A stretch of DNA of 50,805 nucleotides from a virus (lineage: Duplodnaviria; Caudoviricetes), in the IMG/VR virus record IMGVR_UViG_3300007775_000003, positions 1-50,805 of that record; one strand, 5' to 3'. The notes under the pieces were generated by a model. It was not told where the DNA came from. It saw only the letters and a list, made by a program, of their open reading frames with translations, and ran no database searches. A program made the translations under genes and the position numbers. Below, in pieces: positions 43,276 through 50,805 of this stretch. The first letter of the stretch is position 1, and every line of letters begins with the position of its first letter.

Positions 43276-45687
43276 ATGGCAGTTGACCCGCGGTTTTACG
43301 ATCTCGTTGCTCACCTGTGGCGCAATGGCGTCGCCGGGTATTATTGGACCCCGGATACTGACGAAGGCAAACTTTCCTTTTGGTTTCCGGCTGGCCGGCC
43401 CAAAGAAGTATCGTCGCTGTGGAAATCTATCAACGTCTATTTCGGCGTGCATCCGTCTAGCGTCGAGCGCGGCCACAGAGAGCGGGCGCTAATTGAGCAT
43501 ATCGCCGTGGTCAACTGCCTGTTTGCCGAGTTTGATTTGGCACCGGGGCAGACGCCCGAACACTTGCTACAGTCAATCATGCAGATTGATACACCGCCCA
43601 GCGTGGTTGTGTTTTCCGGCGGCGGCTATCATTGCTACTGGCTACTCGCACAGACCTACCACATTGACGACGACATTGCCCGCAAACGGATTATTGAGAT
43701 TCAGTACGCTTGGGCGGACTTCGTAGGCAGCGACGGCGCGGCTAAAGATTTGGCGCGGGTACTGCGCGTGCCAGGCACTTACAACCGCAAGCCTGAGTAC
43801 GGCCCCAAATTCCCACAGGTTGAAATTGTACGTTTCGATCTGGATGCCACCTATGAGCTTGACGAACTAGCCAGCCAGGTTGAAACAATCATCGAGCTAA
43901 ATCGAACTCGTAAAATTGCCGCCGCTAACGTTGATGTGGTGCCGGTCGATTTTGACGATCAAACCATACTAGAACGCATGTGGCAGAAAGACGCCGCGTC
44001 AGTCTCTCTATGGGGCGGCGATTTGTCTGCCTACAATGATGACCACAGCAGCGCAGATCTGGCGCTATGTAGCAAACTTGCGTTCTGGTTCGGGCGTGAT
44101 CCGGTACGCATTGATCGGGTGTTTCGCCGCTCGGCATTGTATCGGGACAAATGGCTACGCGAGGACTACCGCAACAATACCATTGATAAAGCAATAGCTG
44201 GCACTGTAAACACGTACACGGTTGGCAGCGCCAACCTCGGAGGCGCTGCCGACTTGGCGGCACAGGCAAACGGCCACAAAGGGGCGCAAACTACCGCGGG
44301 GGGTACAGTGCAGGGCAATACAGCAACACCTACCCCAACAAGCTATTTGTTAAATCAAGGCGCTCACGACGAGGGCAACGCTCAATGTGTTCACGAACGA
44401 TATCAAAGTCGTTTTTTGTATAGCGATTCGTTTGGCTGGATGCAATTTACCGGCACGCACTGGATGATCAGCCGCGCTGAATCAGTAGTTGAGCGGGCGA
44501 TTACCGAAACATTGATCGCCCGTATGCAGGAAGCCATTAGAGTTGATGTAAATAGATACGCCGGTTTGATTCGACAAACCGTGCCGAACAGCGCAAAGGT
44601 CAAAGGCGCAAAAGCTCAATTGAGCAGCCTGGTCAGCGTCAGTGAAGATCAATTCGATATTGAACCAGATTTTCTTAACTGCCCAAACGGTTTGGTCAAT
44701 CTGAAAACCGGCCAAATATCACCACACTCCCCCGCACAGCGGTTTATGCACTGTACAGCCGTGCCATACAACCCGAAAGCCGACCAAAGTTTTTGGGTTG
44801 ACTGGCTTACCGATGCCGTCGGCAGTGCGGATGTTGCATTTTGGCTGAAACTGGCTATTGGCTATTCGCTCACGGGTCACACACGGGAGGAAGTGCTTTT
44901 TTATCTCTTTGGGCCACCTCGCAGCGGCAAGGGGACATTCACAGAGACAATGTTGGCGTTACTGGGTTCTCCATTAGCAAAAGAAATTAACTTCGCTACA
45001 TTCACAGCGCAGCGCAGTGGCGACAGTCAGAATTTTGACCTTGCACCGCTCAAGCCTTGCCGGTTCCTGGCTGCCAGCGAGTCAAATACCTATGAGCGAT
45101 TCAACGAAGCGAAAGTAAAGGCGCTTACGGGTGGCAACGAAATCTATTGCGCCTATAAACACAAGACACACTTTAACTATCGACCTCAATTCAAAATATG
45201 GTTGTCATCGAATCAGCCGGTCAACGCAGACCCTGACGATGATGCCGCATGGGGGCGTATTCGGGTCGTTGAATTTCCACACTCTCACCAGGGGCAAGAG
45301 GACAAAGAATTAAAAGCCCGAATGCGTTCGCGAGAAGTGCTTGAAGGTGTTTTGGCCTGGGCTATCGAAGGCGCAAAATTTTGGAATCTCCTGGGCAAAA
45401 ACGGACTGCCCGAACTAGATGCGGGAGCGAAAACCAAACACGCCCAGCGATCTGAACTAGACAACGTGCAAGCATGGATTGATGAAAAGTGCGAGCTTGG
45501 CAGCCATCACTTCGCCGCCAACGCGTCGCTGTATCCTAATTATTCCGAATGGTGCAAGACCAACGGCGTGACCGCCAAACAACAGAAGGCGTTTTCGCAG
45601 AGCCTGAAACGAAAAGGCTTGCATGACAAGGTAGTCAAACTGCATGGAAAGACCGTGAGAGGCTATGAGGGCATCAAAGTTAACTAA
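43276..45687 (+). CDS. Primase-helicase (AEP/RepB-like + helical bundle + D5/P4 SF3 helicase)
   Basis: SGGGYHCYW, RVLRVPGT; DxSSADLAL...FRRSALYRDKW; LNCPNG; GPPRSGKGT; KALTGG. Confidence 0.9.
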   Translation: MAVDPRFYDLVAHLWRNGVAGYYWTPDTDEGKLSFWFPAGRPKEVSSLWKSINVYFGVHPSSVERGHRERALIEHIAVVNCLFAEFDLAPGQTPEHLLQSIMQIDTPPSVVVFSGGGYHCYWLLAQTYHIDDDIARKRIIEIQYAWADFVGSDGAAKDLARVLRVPGTYNRKPEYGPKFPQVEIVRFDLDATYELDELASQVETIIELNRTRKIAAANVDVVPVDFDDQTILERMWQKDAASVSLWGGDLSAYNDDHSSADLALCSKLAFWFGRDPVRIDRVFRRSALYRDKWLREDYRNNTIDKAIAGTVNTYTVGSANLGGAADLAAQANGHKGAQTTAGGTVQGNTATPTPTSYLLNQGAHDEGNAQCVHERYQSRFLYSDSFGWMQFTGTHWMISRAESVVERAITETLIARMQEAIRVDVNRYAGLIRQTVPNSAKVKGAKAQLSSLVSVSEDQFDIEPDFLNCPNGLVNLKTGQISPHSPAQRFMHCTAVPYNPKADQSFWVDWLTDAVGSADVAFWLKLAIGYSLTGHTREEVLFYLFGPPRSGKGTFTETMLALLGSPLAKEINFATFTAQRSGDSQNFDLAPLKPCRFLAASESNTYERFNEAKVKALTGGNEIYCAYKHKTHFNYRPQFKIWLSSNQPVNADPDDDAAWGRIRVVEFPHSHQGQEDKELKARMRSREVLEGVLAWAIEGAKFWNLLGKNGLPELDAGAKTKHAQRSELDNVQAWIDEKCELGSHHFAANASLYPNYSEWCKTNGVTAKQQKAFSQSLKRKGLHDKVVKLHGKTVRGYEGIKVN

Positions 45688-45704
45688 TTTCAGAAATAAG
45701 TTGA

Positions 45705-45910
45705 AAACAGTGTAACTTTGCGTAACCTGTAACCAGAGGCCAAAATACACCTGTAGAACCGGTTACACGTAGTGTAACCGTAACTCGAAATAGTTACAGG
45801 TTACGCAAAGTTACGGCCATTTTACCTTATTTTCAATATTTAATCTCATATAGGAATATATTGAATTACACGTAACTATCTGTAACCTGTAACTATAGGT
45901 GTAATTAGCA
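45705..45910. other. Probable replication origin
   Basis: Many GTAAC/GTTAC units, a 22-bp perfect inverted repeat (45712-45733 / 45793-45814) and an AT-rich tract, directly after the primase-helicase. Confidence 0.75.
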
Positions 45911-46072
45911 TGTCTATACGAAAAAGCAACGAAAATAAGTCCTTACAATTTTCTTAACGGGGGGGATATGTGAAAGTTCGACTAATTCCAGAAAATGCGC
46001 GGCGGCGGAACGACAGGCGGCGAAGTATGAGGTGTATCGGCTGACGGCGCAATGGTGGAGGATGGTGAGGCA

Positions 46073-46321
46073 ATGAACAGAACCACACAGATACAGCCAG
46101 GTCAGACGCTAACAATCGTCTGCGAGGACAACGGTCTAAGTCGGGAATGCGAACGGTTGCGCGCTGAACTCGCCACCCCCGGCTACACCGTTCGCTGGAC
46201 CGGGCAATGCTGGCTTGCGCGCCACAGCGACAACCCGACCCTGAGTGCGGGGGCCATGACGCCAGAGGCGGCGGTCGCGGATCTGCGGATGGCGATGGAG
46301 GCGAAAAACGACGATAATTGA
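46073..46321 (+). CDS. Hypothetical protein
   Basis: GAGG RBS. Confidence 0.55.
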   Translation: MNRTTQIQPGQTLTIVCEDNGLSRECERLRAELATPGYTVRWTGQCWLARHSDNPTLSAGAMTPEAAVADLRMAMEAKNDDN

Positions 46322-46338
46322 TAATTTTATATTCGTTA

Positions 46339-46367
46339 TTGATTTTTTTGTAAAGTTGGTGTAGACT
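46339..46367 (+). promoter_or_regulatory. Putative late promoter TTGATT-17-TAGACT
   Basis: AT-rich intergenic region upstream of the late arm. Confidence 0.6.
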
Positions 46368-46379
46368 AGGCGGTGAGGG

Positions 46380-46601
46380 ATGGATGATCGACAGCCAGAC
46401 GCATTATTGCTGGCCATTCTGATGAGGTTGCGGGCCGAATGGCCCGAACTTATTGACCGATACGCCGAACCTGGCGGCTTCAAGATAATTATTCATGTCG
46501 CGGCAAAGCGAGAGCAGGCGCGCATCGAATGGCCACCGCCGATCAGCCAGGTAGAAGCAAAAAATAATCAAGGCGCGCAAAGCGAAAGCAGGGCGCATTG
46601 A
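46380..46601 (+). CDS. Small hypothetical protein at the head of the late arm
   Basis: GAGGG just upstream; follows the promoter. Confidence 0.5.
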   Translation: MDDRQPDALLLAILMRLRAEWPELIDRYAEPGGFKIIIHVAAKREQARIEWPPPISQVEAKNNQGAQSESRAH

Positions 46602-46642
46602 TGTTGGGATTTTTCCAATGTCAGTGCGCCCTTTTCATTTTT
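46590..46642 (+). terminator. Long hairpin terminator/attenuator
   Basis: 18-bp stem AGGGCGCATTGATGTTGG / CCAATGTCAGTGCGCCCT with 3 G-U pairs and a T-rich tail. Confidence 0.65.
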
Positions 46643-46850
46643 CGGACGGACCGCCGTGTGCAACCACGGCAGCCCTAACCGGCGGGGACGAATCCGCCGG
46701 CTGTGTAAATTGTAGCATTGGTTGGCCCTCATTGCTATCGTATTTTTGTGTGACTACTGGACGTTTTGTGGCAAAACTGACGACTCGCTGACGACGCCGG
46801 ACGCCTGAATTTGGACGGAGCCGGGCAACCGGCAATTCAGGATTTTGCAG

Positions 46851-47225
46851 ATGAATGAATTTTTTCCGTGGATTGCCGGCGCGGTGCTACTGGCTACGAT
46901 CCAAACCGGCGGCGGGACCGGCATCGGGCGCGATGTAGAAGCGGGTCGCGATTTTGTTGGCCATGACCAAATCATCCACGCTGATCGCGGGGAGTGGAGG
47001 CGCTATGTTGATGACAAAATGCGCCAAAACCAGGATGACATTATGGATTAGAGGAGAGCGCAAAATCACCAATGGATAGTGCTAGCGCTCATGGCGGTAA
47101 TTTTTTTGTTTGCACTCACCATCTCGTCTGGTGTGATTGTGAGACAATTTGATTTGCTGGGTACGCAAATTGAACGTCAGTTTGATCGTATCGACCGGCG
47201 CTTGGATGGAGTGCGCACACCCTAA
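46851..47225 (+). CDS. Holin-like membrane protein interrupted by an in-frame TAG (47049-47051)
   Basis: Frame continues past TAG through TM WIVLALMAVIFLFALTISSGVIV to a TAATG overlap with the next gene. Confidence 0.55.
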
Positions 47226-48676
47226 TGGCCATAATCGAAGCAACGCCAATCAACCTGCAAGCCAAGCTCGACGCCGCCACCCCCGGCGATGTGGTTGCTC
47301 TACGCGGTGGTGAATACCCCGGCGAGTATGCTATCCGTCGCCCCGGCCTGACGTTACAGTCTGTGCCTGGCGCGCCCAGCGGGCACCCGCCCGTCTTCGT
47401 CGGTCCGGCCAAACCCGTCAGCGGTGACAAACCGGCTTGGCTGCTCATCTACCCCAGCGCCGCCAATACAACCCTGAGCGGCTTGACATTCGCCCGCGAA
47501 GGCGACATTACGAAAGCCAAAGCCTATAACGATTTCGGCGTCATCATCGAAGCGCCGGGCGTAACGGTGCAGGATTGCCGCATCAGTGGTATGACGAAGG
47601 GTATCCATGTCAAAGGCCCAAAAAGCACCGGCGTCACTATCCGCAATAACGTCATTGGTCCTACCTACCAGAGCAATATCGTCGTTGGCACATCTTACGG
47701 TGTGGTGCGTGCCTTGCTAATCGCCTACAACCTGCTGGAGCGCTCGTATATCGAAGATGGTATCCAGTTCATGCAGAATTTCGACCTGTCTGACGACGCA
47801 AAAGCGGCGGACGTGTCGAACCTGGGCACCATCATCTACCAGAACACTATCCGCGATCATGGTGAAAACGCCATCGACCTGAAGGGCGCGGGGTTGGTGG
47901 TCATCGACGGCAACGTTATCACGCGCATCGCGGGGAGCAACAACGGGCCGTTGGACGGCTGGAATCACAATGCCAACCAGAGCATTGGCAAGGGCGCGCA
48001 TGCATCTAGCGGCTATGTGCTAATCCGCAATAACGACATTCAGGACAATTGCAGCGGCATCCGCTCGCAGCCTGGATGGAAGATTGTCCACAACCTGATT
48101 GCCAATAACAACTATTCGTCAGACGGAACGATTTGGGCCGGCTATGGCATCGGTAACCAAAACGGTGGCGGGCGGCTGGCCATCGTCAACAATCTGGTTT
48201 ACGGCCACGGCGGTAGCGACCTGATCAATATGCCGGCCAACGCCGATGTACGCGGCAACCGGGTCGATGCCGGGCCGGGTGTTCCGCTCACTACCACGCG
48301 GCAAGGCGGCGGCGGGCGCGATTTACCCGTCATTGACGCCAGTTACTTCACGGACTGGCTTGGCCGTAAGGACCTGCCGGCGGAGGTAATTTTCGTCGGC
48401 GACGAGCGTTACGAGGTGACCGGCGTCAACTACGCGACTAACACGGTGCAGCTAGATCGCACCGCGGCTTGGACGGAAGGTGCGCCGGTGTGCTGGGGCA
48501 GTCCGCTGCCGGTGGCTGGCATCCAACCACATTGGCAAGCGCCGCCCGTGGTGGACCCGCCGGTCCCGGAACTTGAGATGGTGCGCTTGCTGCTTGAGTC
48601 GCAAATGACGCCGGCCGACGCCGCACAGTTGCGCGCTCTGCTGGCCGGGAAAGCGTATACGGTGAGTTTGACATAA
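47225..48676 (+). CDS. Right-handed beta-helix (pectate-lyase-like) protein
   Basis: LQAKLDAATPGDVVALRGGEY cap; repeated IRNNVI / IAYNLL / IYQNTI; EDGIQ; ENAIDLK. Confidence 0.85.
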   Translation: MAIIEATPINLQAKLDAATPGDVVALRGGEYPGEYAIRRPGLTLQSVPGAPSGHPPVFVGPAKPVSGDKPAWLLIYPSAANTTLSGLTFAREGDITKAKAYNDFGVIIEAPGVTVQDCRISGMTKGIHVKGPKSTGVTIRNNVIGPTYQSNIVVGTSYGVVRALLIAYNLLERSYIEDGIQFMQNFDLSDDAKAADVSNLGTIIYQNTIRDHGENAIDLKGAGLVVIDGNVITRIAGSNNGPLDGWNHNANQSIGKGAHASSGYVLIRNNDIQDNCSGIRSQPGWKIVHNLIANNNYSSDGTIWAGYGIGNQNGGGRLAIVNNLVYGHGGSDLINMPANADVRGNRVDAGPGVPLTTTRQGGGGRDLPVIDASYFTDWLGRKDLPAEVIFVGDERYEVTGVNYATNTVQLDRTAAWTEGAPVCWGSPLPVAGIQPHWQAPPVVDPPVPELEMVRLLLESQMTPADAAQLRALLAGKAYTVSLT

Positions 48677-49077
48677 TGGCAGGTAGACCCAGCAAGCTGA
48701 CACCAGAGTTACAGGCGGAGATTGTCAAGCTACTCAGCGAAGGAAACTTTGTTGAGACGGTTTGCGATTACGTTGGCTTGAGCAAAAACACGTTTTACGA
48801 TTGGGTACGGCGCGGAGAAAGAGGATGGCAATCCGACATCGAGCCGGTTAATTTTGTGGAATTTTCGGACGCCATAAAAAAAGCAATGGCCGAAGTCGAA
48901 AAAAGTACGTTGATCGAACTGCGCGCCGGCCCACTAAACTGGCAGGCCAAAGCATGGTGGCTAGAGCGTCGCCATCCCGACAAATGGGGCAATCGGCAGA
49001 AAGTTGACCTTACGCATAAAGTTGTGGCGGTGAATTGGGGCGATGGCAAAACAGACGACAACAACGATACAAATTAA
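48676..49077 (+). CDS. terS: Terminase small subunit
   Basis: GRPSKLTPE, HTH, WQAKAWWLERRHP; upstream of TerL. Confidence 0.85.
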   Translation: MAGRPSKLTPELQAEIVKLLSEGNFVETVCDYVGLSKNTFYDWVRRGERGWQSDIEPVNFVEFSDAIKKAMAEVEKSTLIELRAGPLNWQAKAWWLERRHPDKWGNRQKVDLTHKVVAVNWGDGKTDDNNDTN

Positions 49078-50317
49078 CGCCCGCCCCCATCCGGGACAAG
49101 CGGAAGTGCATAAACACCCGGCGCGTTTTAAAGTTTTGGCCGCGGGAAGACGTTGGGGAAAAACTCGACTGGGCGTCAACGAATGCTTAGACGTGGCTGC
49201 GCGGGGTGGCCGTGCCTGGTGGGTTGCTCCAACCTACAAAATGACTGAGGTGGGCTGGCGTCCGCTGCGTCAACTCAGTATGCAGATTGGAGCGCAAGTC
49301 TCGAAGGTTGACCGCCAGGTCATTCTACCGGGCGGCGGCGAAGTAACAGTGCGCAGCGCAGACAATCCCGACACGCTCCGCGGCGAAGGGTTGGACTTCG
49401 TGGTGATTGACGAGTGCGCCTTTGCGGTAGAGGAAGTTTGGACGGAAGCGTTACGTCCGGCACTCAGCGACCGGCAAGGCAAAGCGATGTTTTTCAGCAC
49501 GCCGGCCGGCCGTAATTGGTTTTGGCGGCTGTGGCAGCGTGGGCTTGGCGACGATCCAGAATGGCAATCGTGGCAACTGCCCACTAGCGGCAATCCGTAC
49601 ATTCCCGCTAGTGAGATTGAAGCCGCCAGGCAATCATTACCGGAACTGACATTTGAGCAAGAATATCTCGCACAATTCCTAGAAGGCGAAGGAATTGTTT
49701 TCAGGAATATCGCCAACTGCACCAAAGCGCCGGCCACTACCCCAGAAGCGCACGCTGGCCACCGCATTGTCGCCGGCTTGGACTGGGCCAAACAAAATGA
49801 TTTTACCTGCACCAGTATCGGCTGTGTAGATTGCAAAATAGAAATTGCGCGCGACCGGTTCAACAAAATCGACTACACGTTTCAGCGCGACCGGCTAAAG
49901 GCGCTCTACGAACTGTGGGGGGTTGATGAAATACTGGCCGAATCCAACAGTATTGGCGAGCCGAACCGCGAGATGCTTCAGCGGGACGGATTGCCGGTGA
50001 TCGCATTTGAGACGACCGCCAGCAGCAAGCCGCCGCTCATTGAGAATTTGGCGCTGAGCTTCGAGCGTGCCGAGTGGCAATTCCAAGCCGATCCGATATG
50101 GACGGCGGAGCTTGAAGCCTATGAGCGCAAGGTGAGCGCCATTACCGGCCGCAGTCAGTACAGCGCGCCGGAAGGCTTGCATGATGACACGGTGATCGCC
50201 CGTGCATTGGCCCGCTGGCAAGCCAACCAGGGCATTACCGCTATGCGCCAGGCGAGCGTGTATCAGGTGCGACCCGGGGCCGGCACGCGCACCGCCGTGC
50301 GGAGGATAGCCGCATGA
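49043..50317 (+). CDS. terL: Terminase large subunit
   Basis: AGRRWGKT Walker A, VIDE Walker B, STP, QEYLAQF, GLDWA, HDD. Confidence 0.95.
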   Translation: MAKQTTTTIQINARPHPGQAEVHKHPARFKVLAAGRRWGKTRLGVNECLDVAARGGRAWWVAPTYKMTEVGWRPLRQLSMQIGAQVSKVDRQVILPGGGEVTVRSADNPDTLRGEGLDFVVIDECAFAVEEVWTEALRPALSDRQGKAMFFSTPAGRNWFWRLWQRGLGDDPEWQSWQLPTSGNPYIPASEIEAARQSLPELTFEQEYLAQFLEGEGIVFRNIANCTKAPATTPEAHAGHRIVAGLDWAKQNDFTCTSIGCVDCKIEIARDRFNKIDYTFQRDRLKALYELWGVDEILAESNSIGEPNREMLQRDGLPVIAFETTASSKPPLIENLALSFERAEWQFQADPIWTAELEAYERKVSAITGRSQYSAPEGLHDDTVIARALARWQANQGITAMRQASVYQVRPGAGTRTAVRRIAA

Positions 50318-50805
50318 TCACACAGCCAAACATCATCCGCCGCATAGTGGGCCGTGTACGCGAGTTCTTCACCACGTCCAGCAACGTGGTGAGTCGCACC
50401 GTGCGGTCAACGGTGATGACCATGCGCCGGTCTATGTTCCGCCCCACCAACGATTGGGGGCGTGTGGACTATGATTGGTATCGACGAGCCTACTACTGCC
50501 AGGTGCGTGGGCTGGAAATCAGCGGGCTTTTTATCAAGCCGCTAGTTAGCAAAATTAGCGCCTGGACGCTTGGCCGGCCACCGGAGTGGAAATGCGAGAG
50601 CGAGACCAGCCAGGAGGCACTCGACAACTGGTGGTCAACACGCCACGCCGACATTCTCAAAGCGTTTCGGTCTGCGCTCAAACAGGCTGACAGCTTCCTG
50701 GTCGTCAACGCCGACCTGACCATTACGGTACTGCGCCCCGACGATGTGGATCCGATTGTAGCCGAGGATGATTTTGGCAACGTCATCGGCTGGCGCGTCA
50801 CACAG
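50314..50805 (+). CDS. Portal protein, N-terminal part (continues at position 1)
   Basis: ATG at 50314 overlaps the TerL stop (ATGA), GGAGG upstream; 123 codons to 50682 join frame 1 of the window start. Confidence 0.85.
   Translation, partial: MITQPNIIRRIVGRVREFFTTSSNVVSRTVRSTVMTMRRSMFRPTNDWGRVDYDWYRRAYYCQVRGLEISGLFIKPLVSKISAWTLGRPPEWKCESETSQEALDNWWSTRHADILKAFRSALKQADSFLVVNADLTITVLRPDDVDPIVAEDDFGNVIGWRVTQ
50683..50805. repeat. Terminal direct repeat (circular assembly overlap), copy 2
   Basis: Identical to 1-123. Confidence 0.97.

Noticed and set aside
45705-45910. CRISPR array
   Set aside because: Short, irregular, inverted units with no repeat-spacer periodicity; fits an origin better.
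46765-46850. c-di-GMP-I riboswitch (GGCAAA...GACGC)
   Set aside because: Lacks the GNRA-capped P2 stem and the GCAAAGC continuation of the consensus.
50683-50805. 123-bp terminal repeat as biological DTR or att site
   Set aside because: It lies mid-portal with the frame continuous across the join, as expected for an assembler overlap on a circular contig.
1-50805. Genome-wide TAG recoding
   Set aside because: TAG ends many genes directly before the next RBS or start (e.g. 3041, 6016, 8150, 9176), and no suppressor tRNA was seen; only one internal TAG was found.
1-50805. tRNA or rRNA genes
   Set aside because: No cloverleaf with T-loop consensus was seen in intergenic regions by eye; tRNAscan-SE was not run.

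Overview
This window is an apparently complete, circularly permuted, GC-rich siphovirus-type phage genome of 50,682 bp; bases 1-123 repeat exactly at 50683-50805, inside the portal gene. The rightward late arm (46.3 kb, wrapping to 21.1 kb) carries a holin-like gene with an in-frame amber codon, a beta-helix protein, TerS/TerL, portal, a fibre protein, head, neck and tail genes. A GT4 glycosyltransferase, an HD-like DUF5662 protein, a sulfotransferase-like protein and a signal-peptide protein are interleaved among the head and neck genes. The leftward accessory arm (31 to 21 kb) is built from terminator/operator/promoter cassettes. It includes a self-contained operon with an RHH regulator, a multi-TM+HTH protein, an HNH, an FtsK/SpoIIIE (TraB-like) ATPase whose 3' end is packed with GTAGCG/CGCTAC repeats, and further membrane proteins, resembling Streptomyces tra/spd/clt dsDNA-transfer modules. 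A cI/cro-type switch lies at 30.8-32 kb, yet I could recognise no integrase, partition ATPase or endolysin. The rightward early arm encodes a PAPS-reductase-family protein, two methyltransferases, class II RNR, an ERCC4 nuclease, HNH, RecT, a J-domain protein, a vWA protein and a primase-helicase followed by a probable origin. A Chloroflexota host is a weak inference only. All family calls come from motif recognition by eye, not database searches.
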